Source: an uncultured Methanoregulaceae archaeon
GTDB lineage: Archaea; Halobacteriota; Methanomicrobia; Methanomicrobiales; Methanospirillaceae
Reading direction: 5' to 3'
NCBI GenBank assembly: GCA_963737635.1
Contig: CAVTTL010000001.1
Coordinates: forward strand, 1,120,001-1,184,000
Length of the DNA: 64,000 nt
A model generated the notes under the pieces. It ran no database searches. It was not told where the DNA came from and worked only from the letters and a program-made list of their open reading frames with translations. Positions 1 to 10,698 of the stretch are shown piece after piece. Each line of letters begins with the position of its first letter. The stretch's first letter is position 1. The position numbers were made by a program, and so were the translations under genes.

Positions 1-264
1 CCTGAGCACCGGATGAAAGAATTTGATCATCCCGCGGTTTTTCCTGAGGAACTTCCCCGGAGGATCATGAAACTCTTCTCCTACAGAAACGATATCGTGC
101 TCGATCCTTTCAATGGTGTGGGAACGACCACGCTTGCCGCAGCAAAATCCGGGCGAAGGTTTATCGGGATCGACATTTCCAAGCAGTACTGCGATATGGC
201 GATACGGCGTCTGCAAGCGGTAACGGACAATCGCCAGCCGGAAGTTCACGAATCTGAAGAGTGA
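1..264 (+). CDS. N4/N6 DNA methyltransferase, C-terminal part (5' end outside window)
   Basis: HPAVFPEELPRR..DIVLDPFNGVGTT..GRRFIGIDI: motif X/I arrangement of beta-class amino-MTases; frame open from base 1. Confidence 0.85.
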   Translation, partial: PEHRMKEFDHPAVFPEELPRRIMKLFSYRNDIVLDPFNGVGTTTLAAAKSGRRFIGIDISKQYCDMAIRRLQAVTDNRQPEVHESEE

Positions 265-302
265 AATCCCGTTTTTCAGATGCTGGTAAGTCGAAAAAAA
301 AT

Positions 303-1409
303 TCATCCCGGCATGTTAGCTTTCACCCAGACATAGGTACCTTTCCGATCATATGCATGCGAAATGATGTAATTGTAGACCTCTGCATAGGAGTCGTATT
401 GTGCCACCCGGTACTGATACGTTCCAAGCTCCGTGTCATAATCAGATACAAGGGAGTTGTGGGATGAAACCAGCGCATTGTATGCCCCAATATCTCCAGA
501 GCTTCGTAAAGCGAGCATGCGTGCTTCGAGTTGACTGATCTGGCTCTGTTTTGCAGTCAGATCGGAGGCCAGCGGTTGTATCTGCGCGTTCATATCCTGC
601 ACTTTTTGTTCTGAAAGATTGGACATTTCATGGATGTACGCGGTTTCTGCACCGCTTGCGTACAGGGCAGTCCCGTTCCCGACCGGAATAACCAGTGGTT
701 CAGAGATGAGAACAACACCCCCTTCAAGTTCATCGGGCGGTATGCCAACATAGGAGAGATTTGTCGTCTCGAGGTAGGTATACCCGGTATTTTTGTACAG
801 TGAATCCGGGGACCCAACACCGACAGCCATGTGAGACTCAGGGGAAAATAAGAGGAGGGAAACCTTATACCCCTCGCGGGAGAGGAGACCGGCAAGGAGC
901 ACGCTTCTGTCTTCGCAGTTTCCGGCACCTTCAACAACTGTCTCAACTGGGTACTTGGTCGGATTGCCGGGCGTGGTCACATAGGTAAGGGACTGGGTAT
1001 AGGCGGCAATCAGTTCGAGGTATTCGTCGCTTGAAAGTCCCTCATCGTCCCGGATCTTCCGGAACTGGCTGATGAGATCAGCGTACATCTGGTCCTGTGC
1101 CGGGTCGTTGACCATCTCAAGGTAACTATCAGTAACCCAGACATTCTCGGTTACATTTCCATAGATGGAGACAGATTTGTCCGTGGATTTTGCCCCGTTA
1201 TAAACGGCCGCATCGACTGGGACTGAGATGGTGATCTGATTCTTCTCAAAGGAAAATGTATGGGTGGCTATAATAGGTGACGATTCCTCTGCTCCCACGA
1301 CAATATGCGGGACATCCACTGCTTGTCTGGTATATAGGTAACCAGATGTTATGGCTACAGCGAGGAGGACGATTATGAAGACGATGAGGTATCTTTCTGT
1401 CCGGTGCAT
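303..1409 (-). CDS. Exported transglutaminase-like cysteine-protease domain protein with C-terminal coiled coil
   Basis: N-terminal TM; KYPVET..G.GNCEDRSVLLA..L..H MAVG..YLETT motifs. Confidence 0.7.
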   Translation of the reverse strand: MHRTERYLIVFIIVLLAVAITSGYLYTRQAVDVPHIVVGAEESSPIIATHTFSFEKNQITISVPVDAAVYNGAKSTDKSVSIYGNVTENVWVTDSYLEMVNDPAQDQMYADLISQFRKIRDDEGLSSDEYLELIAAYTQSLTYVTTPGNPTKYPVETVVEGAGNCEDRSVLLAGLLSREGYKVSLLLFSPESHMAVGVGSPDSLYKNTGYTYLETTNLSYVGIPPDELEGGVVLISEPLVIPVGNGTALYASGAETAYIHEMSNLSEQKVQDMNAQIQPLASDLTAKQSQISQLEARMLALRSSGDIGAYNALVSSHNSLVSDYDTELGTYQYRVAQYDSYAEVYNYIISHAYDRKGTYVWVKANMPG

Positions 1410-1422
1410 GACTGTTGTTCCA

Positions 1423-2199
1423 TTAAACGAGATTTCCGATATCTCCGATGGCGCTTATTACGGCCTCAGGTATTACTTTACTTTTATCGAGCGCATCCTT
1501 ACTGAACTTGCCGGTTCTGACAAGGATGCCCCGCATCCCTGCTGCCTTGGCACCACCGATATCGGTAAGGATGTCGTCACCTATCATCACGACATCCTTG
1601 GGCGCAAGTCTCATGTCGCGTAGTGCGAGATCAAAAAACTTCTTTGCAGGTTTGCCCACCACCGTTGCGGTCTTCCCGGTTGCAAACTCGAGAGCCATAA
1701 CAAATGGCCCCGCTGAGAGGGAGAGCCCGTCAGGTGCCATCCAGTAGCGATCCCTTTCAAGTGCGATAATGTCAGCTCCTTCTATCAGGCAACGAAAGGC
1801 CAGGTTCATGTTCATATACGTGATCCCTTCTCCTGCATCACCGATTATTACATAGTCAACTGCCCTCGAACCGGCTTCGATACAAACGTCTGCAAAATCC
1901 TGTGAAGCGTCCTTGGTCGTAAGGAGATATGCCCGGTGTTTTCCGGTTTCTTCCATGTATTTTATCGCTGCAAGCGTCGGTGTGAAGAGTGAGTTTTCGG
2001 GAATACCAAACCCGAGCCTGTCCAGCCGGGCCGCGAGGGAAGCCCGGCACTTACGGGTCGAGTTGGAAACGCACCGGAACGGATAGCCCTGTGCTTTGAG
2101 CAGCTCTATTGCTTCAAGGGCCCCGGGAATTGCCATGTCTCCAGTGGTGAGTACGCCGTCAATGTCGATCAAAAAACCTTTCACATTTTCAAGGGTCAT
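1423..2199 (-). CDS. HAD-IIA family hydrolase (TIGR01458/LHPP-like)
   Basis: DIDGVL, SNST, GKP, MIGDD..TDIGGA motifs. Confidence 0.9.
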   Translation of the reverse strand: MTLENVKGFLIDIDGVLTTGDMAIPGALEAIELLKAQGYPFRCVSNSTRKCRASLAARLDRLGFGIPENSLFTPTLAAIKYMEETGKHRAYLLTTKDASQDFADVCIEAGSRAVDYVIIGDAGEGITYMNMNLAFRCLIEGADIIALERDRYWMAPDGLSLSAGPFVMALEFATGKTATVVGKPAKKFFDLALRDMRLAPKDVVMIGDDILTDIGGAKAAGMRGILVRTGKFSKDALDKSKVIPEAVISAIGDIGNLV

Positions 2200-2874
2200 A
2201 CCAGATCCCCGGCTATTTCCTTATGCCAGTTGGTACAGAAGGCTTCTGTGATAGCACAGGCGAGTCTGCCGGTTTCCCTCAATCCTTCTTCCGGTCTCTT
2301 CAAGCACTTTCAATCGGTCCGTCTTTGGGAGGTCCTCTGACCACTTTGCGATTACCGGTTCCGTCACTTCCGGATGGAACTGGATACCAAGTGCACGGCG
2401 GATTAAAAAGGCTTGGTTTGTGATGACGTCGCCATTGACGAGAAGTTGTGCCCCTTCGGGAAGGTCAAAAGTCTCCTTATGCCAATGGAAGACCTCAAAT
2501 GACTTTGGAAAAATCTTTTGCCACGCCGGTGAGCACCCACAGATGGTCCGCCATCCCATCTCTTTTTCGTGTGCAAAAACCCTCTTCCCGCACGTTGCAG
2601 CGATCATCTGGGCGCCAAGGCATATCCCAAGTACCGTGCAATCGCGCCCGATCGCCTTTCTTACCAGTTTTTTTTCGGTGGAAAGAAAGGAAAACTCGCG
2701 TTCGTCATTGACGCTCATCTGGCCCCCCAAGATAATAAGCTTTTCCGGCGGATCGTCCGGGAGTTTGTCATCCCTATAAAGCCGGAGGATTTTGAAAGGT
2801 TCGTTGCGAGCATCTAAGTATTCAGTGATGCTGCCGGCAGGTTCGTTCTCTCCGTGCTGGAGGATCGTGATCAT
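2196..2874 (-). CDS. Type 1 glutamine amidotransferase (GMP-synthase-like); apparent +1 indel near 3' end
   Basis: LGICLGAQ and QFHPE motifs; removing G2264 extends the frame to TGA 2196-2198, overlapping the next ATG. Confidence 0.85.
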
Positions 2875-2981
2875 TAGAAAATGGTGTGCATAGCGTGATG
2901 ATGAGCATTCGCATTACTTTCACCCCTCGCGGCCGGCCTTTAATTGTCTAAACTCCGGACTTCACTGTACAGGTTGCCGGT

Positions 2982-4058
2982 ATGCAAGCAGAAAGCAGGA
3001 TGGGGTCTCTCTGGCGGCAGCGGATGGACTCCATAAGGGAATATGAGGTCGTCCGCGATGGGAATATCTTTGGTGCCGGCCTTTCCGGCAGCTGTGTCTT
3101 TTCATCGGACTATGATAAAGCTCAAAATCTTATGAACGGGCTGATGACACGGTACGAAGGCGTTTCCTTTGATTCGCTCTTTCCCGGCCAAGAGATTATA
3201 AATGAGAATGGCAGTTTTATGGTCCTTGAAAGCCGCCATGACCTGCCGATAGTATCATTAGATACTGACCGCTTGGAACGGGAAATGCTTGGTGATCTCA
3301 CGCTTGTCCGCGGTGTCGGGGCAGTGACGGAACAGCGCCTGAAGGCACGAGGCTACCGGACAATTTCTGATCTCTGCCAGCATCCGAAGTTCCGGCCCGT
3401 GGCCCGGCAGGTAATGGACCGGTTGGATCGGGCTGATCCGGCCGATATGATGGATTTTGTAAGCGGCCGGCATGAGAAATCACACCGTTTCGTTCTTGGC
3501 GCAGCCAGTTCATTTTCACCCGATAATTACGTGTTTCTGGATATCGAGACGCTCGGGCTCTTTTCCCGGCCGATTATCCTTTTTGGTATCGGTACCGTTG
3601 AGCAGAAGAGCCTCGTTGTCCGTCAGTTCCTGTTACGGGATATCGGTGAAGAGGCACCGGCACTGGCCGAGACCGCCGCCCAGTGCGTTGCAGGAAAGCG
3701 GGCGCTTGTCACCTTCAATGGAAAAGCGTTTGATCTGCCCTATGTGCAGGATCGTCTTGCCTATTACGGTCTTGGTGCAATCCCTCGTATCCCGCATTTT
3801 GATATGTTGCACTTCTCCCGGCGCCGGTGGAGAGATCAGCTTTCGTCCTGCCGTCTTTCCACACTTGAGTCTGCAATTCTTGGGATCAATCGGGCTGAAG
3901 ATCTTCCCGGACAGATGGTGCCCGAATTTTATGAGACTTATTTAAGGACGCAGAATTGCGGCCCCCTTCTTCCTATCGTTGACCATAACTGCCAAGACGT
4001 AGTCTCGCTTGCACTTCTCTTCTTTTACCTGCTGGGGGAGAATTATGGCTGTCACTGA
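2982..4058 (+). CDS. YprB/MrfB-like RNase_H_2 (DEDD) exonuclease with HhH motif
   Basis: FLDIETLGL, LVTFNGKAFDLPY, HFDMLH, HNCQDV; VRGVG HhH. Confidence 0.85.
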   Translation: MQAESRMGSLWRQRMDSIREYEVVRDGNIFGAGLSGSCVFSSDYDKAQNLMNGLMTRYEGVSFDSLFPGQEIINENGSFMVLESRHDLPIVSLDTDRLEREMLGDLTLVRGVGAVTEQRLKARGYRTISDLCQHPKFRPVARQVMDRLDRADPADMMDFVSGRHEKSHRFVLGAASSFSPDNYVFLDIETLGLFSRPIILFGIGTVEQKSLVVRQFLLRDIGEEAPALAETAAQCVAGKRALVTFNGKAFDLPYVQDRLAYYGLGAIPRIPHFDMLHFSRRRWRDQLSSCRLSTLESAILGINRAEDLPGQMVPEFYETYLRTQNCGPLLPIVDHNCQDVVSLALLFFYLLGENYGCH

Positions 4059-6354
4059 CGTTATCCGGCTTCTTGGGACCAACCCGGTATACCGCAGCCG
4101 GGTCACCTGCAGGCAGGTTTTGGACCCGGTGTCGGCCCGGTACGGTACGTTAGACCGGCCGCTTCCACATGAACTTGCTGACTATCTTGCACACAATAAC
4201 ATCCAGCTGTACGCTCACCAGTGTGAAGCGATCAATGCGCTACGCGCCGGGAAAAACGTGATTATTACCACGCCAACAGCAAGCGGAAAAACCCTCGCGT
4301 TTAACATTCCGGTATTGGCAGGTCTTGTCGCAGATCCGGAAGCACGTGCGTTGTATCTGTATCCTACAAAAGCGCTCTCAAACGACCAGTACGCCACACT
4401 TGCGGCAATGGAAAAGTATACCGGTATCCCGGCAAGACCGGCAATCTACGATGGTGACACGCCGCAATCGAAACGCGCAGCAATCCGGGAACATGCCCGG
4501 ATTGTCATCTCCAACCCTCACGAGCTCCATCAGGTACTGTCTTGGCATGCAAAATGGAGTCCCTTTTTCTCTCATCTGAAATTTGTCATTATAGATGAAG
4601 CTCACCGGTACAGAGGAATATTTGGCTCCCAGATCGCGTTTTTGATCCGGCGTCTCCTCCGGGTGGCCCGTTTTTACGGCTCTGACCCGCAGTTTGTCCT
4701 CTCGACAGCTACCCTTGCAAATCCTGAAGAGTTTGCCAGACGGCTCGTGGGTCAATCATTTGCGCTTGTAGATACGGACGCCTCCCCCCATGGAACACGT
4801 CATTTTGTACTCTACAACCCGTTCTATGATGGGATAGGGGAACGTTCCGCTCATCAGGAAACAAAGGATCTTCTCCTTTCCTGCGTGAAAGGGGATCTTC
4901 AGACGCTTTGCTTTACTGGTTCCAGGAAGATGGCGGAACTTGTTACGATTTGGGCCCAGGAGGATGCCCGCTGCACATCTGCACGTTTGGCCCAGTCGAT
5001 CTCTGCATACCGCGCCGGCTATCTTCCCGAAGAGCGGCGCGTGATCGAGCGGCAGCTCAAAAACGGGGAGATTCGGGGCGTGGTGTCGACCAATGCGCTC
5101 GAACTCGGCATCGATATCGGCTCGCTTGATGCTGTGGTCATTGACGGTTACCCCGGCACAATGATGTCGGTCAGGCAACAGGCAGGGCGTGCCGGCCGTA
5201 AAGGTGGGGAATCACTTGCTGTGCTCGTAGCGCAGGCAAACCCCCTCGACCAGTACTTCATGCACCATCCGGACGCATTCTTCTCACGTTCTCACGAGCA
5301 TGCTATCATTGATACGCAGAACCCTTACATCGTTTCAGGACACCTTCTTTGCGCTGCGGCAGAACTGCCGTTACGCGAAGAGACCGATGCCAGGGTGTTC
5401 GGGGAATCGTTTGCGCCCATTCTTGACGGGCTTGCGGAGAGCGGACTGCTCAAGAAGACACCCCGGGGATGGGTGTATGCCGGCCGTGGCCGGGCTGCCG
5501 ATGCAGTAAGGCTCGATGGCATGGCAGCCGAGAGTTTCCGGATCCTGTCCAACGGCAAGGTGCTCGAGACCATGGATCGGGCGCAGGTATACCGTGAGGC
5601 ACACAAAGGCGCGATCATGCTCCACCAAGGTGAGACCTACGTAGTAAATGAGATGGACCTTGAAACGCATACAGTCAGGGTGAGTGAGACCGAAGTGGAT
5701 TATTATACCCAGCCGTTAAAAGAGGTCGATCTCCGCGTCATCGAAACCCTGGAAACCCGGGAAGTAAACGGCGTAAAATGCGCGTTTGGTGATGTGGAGG
5801 TTACTGAACAGTACACCGCCTACAAGATCAAGAGAGGCGATACGATTCTGGGTGTTGAACCTCTTTCCCTGCCACCGCTTACGTTCAGTACCAAAGCGTT
5901 CTGGCTTATCCTGCCCGATCCGATTGCGGCATCGGTGGGAATATCAGAACTTGATCTTGCTGGTGGCCTTCATGGTGCGGAACATGCACTCATTGCGCTC
6001 ATGCCCCTTCATGTCATGTGCGATCGCTGGGATATCGGAGGCCTTTCCTGCCCCTCGTTTGGCGAGAATGGTGATCCGATGATCTTCGTGTATGACGGGT
6101 ATGAAGGAGGGATCGGTCTTGCAGAAAAAGCGTTCACCCTTCTTCCCGCACTTTTTTCGAGTGCCTACGAGCTCGTCCGCGATTGTTCATGCCGGAAAGG
6201 CTGTCCCTCCTGCATCTACTCGCCTAAGTGCGGGAATGACAATGTCCCCCTCGACAAAGATGCGACAGTAACTATCCTTGCCGGTATCAGTAACAGTCCA
6301 GCAACAAGTGAGACAGCTGGGCACACAACTGTGCAGGAACCTGTTCCCCTCTGA
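4045..6354 (+). CDS. DEAD/DEAH helicase with DUF1998 Zn domain (MrfA/SftH/Hrq1 family)
   Basis: PTASGKT, YPTKAL, DEAH, TNALELGIDIG, QAGRAGR, C-terminal C.C..GCPSC..SPKC. Confidence 0.92.
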   Translation: MAVTDVIRLLGTNPVYRSRVTCRQVLDPVSARYGTLDRPLPHELADYLAHNNIQLYAHQCEAINALRAGKNVIITTPTASGKTLAFNIPVLAGLVADPEARALYLYPTKALSNDQYATLAAMEKYTGIPARPAIYDGDTPQSKRAAIREHARIVISNPHELHQVLSWHAKWSPFFSHLKFVIIDEAHRYRGIFGSQIAFLIRRLLRVARFYGSDPQFVLSTATLANPEEFARRLVGQSFALVDTDASPHGTRHFVLYNPFYDGIGERSAHQETKDLLLSCVKGDLQTLCFTGSRKMAELVTIWAQEDARCTSARLAQSISAYRAGYLPEERRVIERQLKNGEIRGVVSTNALELGIDIGSLDAVVIDGYPGTMMSVRQQAGRAGRKGGESLAVLVAQANPLDQYFMHHPDAFFSRSHEHAIIDTQNPYIVSGHLLCAAAELPLREETDARVFGESFAPILDGLAESGLLKKTPRGWVYAGRGRAADAVRLDGMAAESFRILSNGKVLETMDRAQVYREAHKGAIMLHQGETYVVNEMDLETHTVRVSETEVDYYTQPLKEVDLRVIETLETREVNGVKCAFGDVEVTEQYTAYKIKRGDTILGVEPLSLPPLTFSTKAFWLILPDPIAASVGISELDLAGGLHGAEHALIALMPLHVMCDRWDIGGLSCPSFGENGDPMIFVYDGYEGGIGLAEKAFTLLPALFSSAYELVRDCSCRKGCPSCIYSPKCGNDNVPLDKDATVTILAGISNSPATSETAGHTTVQEPVPL

Positions 6355-6362
6355 TGGCGTTC

Positions 6363-6596
6363 TCAATCCACAAGTACGACTCGTCTTTCGGGCTCCGGCA
6401 CATCATCTTCGAAGATAAACAGATCATCGATTTTTGCATTCAGCGTCTTTGCGATATCGTGGGCGAGCCGGAGCGAGGGATTGTACTTCCCCTGTTCAAG
6501 AAATACGATCGTTTCACGCCGCACGCCTACCTTTTTTGCGAGGTCTTCCTGGGTAAGGGCGTACCGGGCCCGGTATTCCCTGATTCGGGTGATCAT
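6363..6596 (-). CDS. XRE/Cro-C1 HTH transcriptional regulator
   Basis: [27 protein letters not shown]. Confidence 0.9.
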   Translation of the reverse strand: MITRIREYRARYALTQEDLAKKVGVRRETIVFLEQGKYNPSLRLAHDIAKTLNAKIDDLFIFEDDVPEPERRVVLVD

Positions 6597-6614
6597 CCTA
6601 TAACTCCGGGACTT

Positions 6615-6986
6615 CTAGTCTTTATTGATGTCACCCTGTCTATTGTAATACCAATACAGTAGTGTGGAACTCAGTATCATAGTAAAGAACATTACCATAA
6701 TTGCTGAACCGGCATCCATAACAAGCACTTTCGAATAGATAAGGACCGAGAGAACAATGGCAAACGTGATGGAAAATGAAAACGCCTTCATATATGTATG
6801 ACCCCGGATTTTCAGGGTCCGTTCATCTTCTATAACATCGGCTTTTTTCTCGTACCATGTTGTTATGAGCGAAAGTACAATTAACATAAGGCCCATTGGA
6901 ATAAGAACACCAGAGAGCAGTACAATTTTCCGGAATTGGGGTATCCAGTCACAGATCAGGAGAAGGAGCACCCCCACGATTGTCAT
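6615..6986 (-). CDS. DUF2178-like membrane protein
   Basis: About 4 TM segments with central EDER motif; typical partner of the downstream XRE gene; GGAGG RBS. Confidence 0.7.
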   Translation of the reverse strand: MTIVGVLLLLICDWIPQFRKIVLLSGVLIPMGLMLIVLSLITTWYEKKADVIEDERTLKIRGHTYMKAFSFSITFAIVLSVLIYSKVLVMDAGSAIMVMFFTMILSSTLLYWYYNRQGDINKD

Positions 6987-7226
6987 ACATCCTCCGAATA
7001 ACAGACTTCCTGCGAATCCAAGTTATCATCGCACGATATCCTACAATAATGTGGTATCTCTGTCTCATGAGAATTACCTCACATTTTGTTATATAATTCT
7101 AACAACTTTGAAAGTATTAAAGTTATTTATTTCTAACATTATGAGATTCACCCCATAAATATCGAGAACAAAGATTATGCCATTCCTGTACGCTTAAGTG
7201 GGATGGCGTTTCAGGTATGGTAACGT

Positions 7227-8192
7227 ATGGCCCGGACCCCGCCGTTCAAGGAGATTATCGCCAGGTCACCGCAGGTTTTTATCATCGGTGTGTCTGGGGA
7301 TAGCGGGTCGGGAAAAACGACCTTCACCAACGCAATCCGCCAAATCTTCGGGCCGGAGATGGTAGCCACTATCACCCTAGATGACTACCATAAATACAAT
7401 CGGGAAGAGCGGCATCGCCTTAAGATAACCCCGCTGCACCCGGATGCAAATAATCTCGAGCAGCTTGAAGTGGATGTGGCTCGTCTTAAGGAAGGTAAGG
7501 CGATCGAAAAGCCGGTCTATAATCATGCGACCGGGACTTTTGATCCTCCGGGACTTTTTGCTTCAAAAAAAATTGTCATCCTCGAAGGGCTCCATACGCT
7601 TTTTACCCCAACACTTCGGGACCTCGTGGATTTCTCTGTTTTTGTCGATCCGGATCAAGAGGTCAAGTATGCATGGAAGGAGCAGCGCGATGTTGGGCAG
7701 CGGGGCTATTCATCTGTTGAGGTTGACGATGAGATCGGACAAAGAGAAGTAGATTATGCAGCGTATATCGAACCACAGCGTTGTTTTGCTGATGTGATCA
7801 TCCGAATCGGATATTCGAAATACGGGCAAGAGATGGGGCCGGCAAAGAATGTCTATTCAATCTCACTTATGCAGAATCCGACGAACCAGACAATCGGCGA
7901 CATCGAATTGTCCATCGATCTTACATCTCTTCTTGCGCTTCAGGAGAACAATTTTTGTATCGAGTTTTCGACCCGGAGAATCGAGTGCACCTTCCTGCGG
8001 GCCCTTACCTTTGACGGCGAGATGAATTATGATGCGGTGCGGAAGCTTGAGATCCTGATCGAACAACAGACCGGCGTTCACCCGATCGCTATGTTCGAGA
8101 ACCGGAAGACCGTGAACGCGACTGATATCGTCCAACTTATTCTCTCATGGCGGATTATTAATCGTCGGATCTTCCTGCAGGATTCAGTCTGA
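7227..8192 (+). CDS. prk: Phosphoribulokinase (archaeal type)
   Basis: IGVSGDSGSGKTT, LDDYHKYNREER..ITPLHP.AN, EGLH, ~320 aa. Confidence 0.82.
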   Translation: MARTPPFKEIIARSPQVFIIGVSGDSGSGKTTFTNAIRQIFGPEMVATITLDDYHKYNREERHRLKITPLHPDANNLEQLEVDVARLKEGKAIEKPVYNHATGTFDPPGLFASKKIVILEGLHTLFTPTLRDLVDFSVFVDPDQEVKYAWKEQRDVGQRGYSSVEVDDEIGQREVDYAAYIEPQRCFADVIIRIGYSKYGQEMGPAKNVYSISLMQNPTNQTIGDIELSIDLTSLLALQENNFCIEFSTRRIECTFLRALTFDGEMNYDAVRKLEILIEQQTGVHPIAMFENRKTVNATDIVQLILSWRIINRRIFLQDSV

Positions 8193-8210
8193 TCTGATAA
8201 AAAAGAACGA

Positions 8211-9792
8211 TTATACCATTTCTGATCTGACCGTGAGGAAAACCGGTCCCCGGACATCTACTTTCTTCTTGGTATCCGTAATCGCCCGCATTGCGTACTC
8301 TTCTATTCTGAGATTGATGTCGCTGGGGTGCTTCGCCATCTTGACCTGCACGAGGGTTCCTTTACCGCACCGGGCCGCCTGCTCGACGCCAGCCGCGGCA
8401 AACGCTGAGGCGGCACCGAGATACGAGATACCGGTTGGGGCACCCTTTATGCGCACATCCTTCCATTTATCGATATCAGGCACCCCAAGAATATTTCCCT
8501 CATGGACGAAGATTTCGTTTCCACATGCCGGACCGCAGAGCTTTGCGTTCGCCTCAGTTTCCTCGACCGTTACTTTCACATGCGTGCCGTTCAGGGTACC
8601 CTCCCAGACGTCAAAAGAACAAGGGCCCTGTTCCGTGGCATGGGCTGATGCAACTTTGGCAATGGCTATCGCAATGGCCTTTCCCTCGACTGTAACAGGC
8701 TCTTCCTTAAGGTGCACGGCATGTGCGATCTCCCGATCTTCAGGCAGGCGGGGGAAAAACTGGGGATACGAGAGCTGCCGGACATCATTTGCATTATACG
8801 CGATCATCGCAAGTCGTTCGACACCAAGGCCGAGATTCATGACCGGAACTCCGATACCATACTCGCCAAGGGCAGAAGGAGAGTACATGCCAAATGTCGC
8901 CACCTCGACCCAGCCATGCACCGGGTGTTTTGCATAGACCTCGGTCTGCGAGTCCGGCATATAGTACTTGGAACGCTTATCATCGGGCTGGAACCGGAAG
9001 TCCTCGTACCCGAATGCGGAGAGGAGCGCTTCGCTCACAGCCTTTCCGTCTTCGTTAGTAACATCGTCTCCCGCCACAACGCAGGAAGCGGAGTGATATG
9101 TCATAAGCCGGGTTGGCCCCTCAGCCTGTTCGCGCCGGAAACAGCGATCGACCGAGAAGAACCGAATGGGAAGAGGTGCGCGTTCCCAGAGAGAGTCTAA
9201 GCGTCATGAACCAGCCACTGGTCATGTGGCTGCGGAGTGTGGTGCGCGATGACTCCGGCGCAAGAGCCTTGAATTCCGGAAAGACCGAATCTAGGATATG
9301 GACTACATTTCCGTCGTCAGTCTCGAGCACTCTTGCCAGTTCGTGAGTCAGCTCGTCGCCATCGATCTCCGATTTCTTATATGCATGGAGCGTCTCCCGG
9401 AGTTTCTCTTCAGTTGAGACCGGCATGATTTTTTTGAGGATCATATTTATCTGGTCGAGCTGGGTTCGTGCAATCCCTACGTTCGGGCGCGGGAGGCCGC
9501 CGAGATAAAAAACCCGGTCGAGCACGGCCATCGCCTCTGGACCGAACTGCCGGTAGATGTCACTTTCCTCCACGATAACCGGGTTCTCGCATTCATCGAA
9601 ACCGAGAGAAAGGTAGATTTCGCGCAGCCGGTTGATGGTCGCAAAGATCGGGTGTTCCTGCGCTCGTGCGTACCGGAGGCGGGGGTAATTTCGGTCTCCC
9701 CCGGGTGGCGTAATTACGGAAGGGCCTTCATGCCATGCATCTTCGAAGTTCGTATGGGATTTTTCTTTCCAATCCTGTGGGTTGAATCTCAT
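8211..9792 (-). CDS. sepS: O-phosphoseryl-tRNA(Cys) synthetase; split by one extra base (G9195)
   Basis: [27 protein letters not shown], restored [29 protein letters not shown]. Confidence 0.95.
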
Positions 9793-10698
9793 TTACACAC
9801 GCTCCATGCAGATGACCCTGCTTAAGGGGTTTTCATCCCGGATTTTATAATCGCACGATGCAGCAATTCTTTCTGCAAAGGATCGTACCTGCACATGTTC
9901 CGGCATGTTATTGCGTTGCAAACGGTTTCTACTGTATCCCAGATACATGTATCCCTTTACTTCGACAAAAGTGGCCCCCGCGTCCTGGAGGAGCCGGGCG
10001 TACCCCTCCGGGTCAGTATCATTCAGGCCTGCAACAAGGGTGATCCGGACGGCCGACCTCTTCGTTGAGAGCTGCCCAAGGCTTTCTTTGATGTGGCCCC
10101 AGAACTCTTCTGCATCGCCCATAGGCCGGCAGGTTTTTTCGTAAATATTTCGATCCGGCGCATCGAGTGAAACGTACTGCTGGAAGGGCCGGCACCGGGC
10201 GAGCACACCGGGGTTGGTGCCATTGCTGACTACAAACGTGGTGTAATCGTTCTCATTGAACAGATCCACCAACTCCGGGAGCCGGCTGTACAATGTCGGT
10301 TCTCCCGAAAGGGAGATCGCTACATGCCGGGGGGCAAGCGCCTCCTGCCAGCGCTCTCCGGTTACGGTGTTGTCCAGTACCGCATTATACCCCGCCAGCG
10401 CTTTTTTCTGGAGCTTTTTTATTCCTTCAAGGATCGTCTTTGGTGGGCAGTCCTCTTCTTCTCTTATTTCGTGTTCAAACGAGCGCCAGCAAAAGAGGCA
10501 GCGCTGGTTGCAACGAAGTGTGGGGCTCATCTGGACGCAACGGTGGCTGTCGATCCCGTAGAACTGGTGCTTATAGCACATCTCCCCACCGGCGAGTGCC
10601 CGCTTGCACCAGAGGCAGGGCTTGAGGGCTGCAGATGAGGCAGGTGAAAAAAAGAGGTAGCCCTGTTTTTTCAGGGAGTCACATGGTGCGGATGGCAT
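9793..10698 (-). CDS. taw1: 4-demethylwyosine synthase Taw1/TYW1 (radical SAM)
   Basis: CYKHQFYGIDSHRC, CNQRCLFCWR, ISLSGEPTLY, EVKGYMYLGYSR. Confidence 0.95.
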   Translation of the reverse strand: MPSAPCDSLKKQGYLFFSPASSAALKPCLWCKRALAGGEMCYKHQFYGIDSHRCVQMSPTLRCNQRCLFCWRSFEHEIREEEDCPPKTILEGIKKLQKKALAGYNAVLDNTVTGERWQEALAPRHVAISLSGEPTLYSRLPELVDLFNENDYTTFVVSNGTNPGVLARCRPFQQYVSLDAPDRNIYEKTCRPMGDAEEFWGHIKESLGQLSTKRSAVRITLVAGLNDTDPEGYARLLQDAGATFVEVKGYMYLGYSRNRLQRNNMPEHVQVRSFAERIAASCDYKIRDENPLSRVICMERV

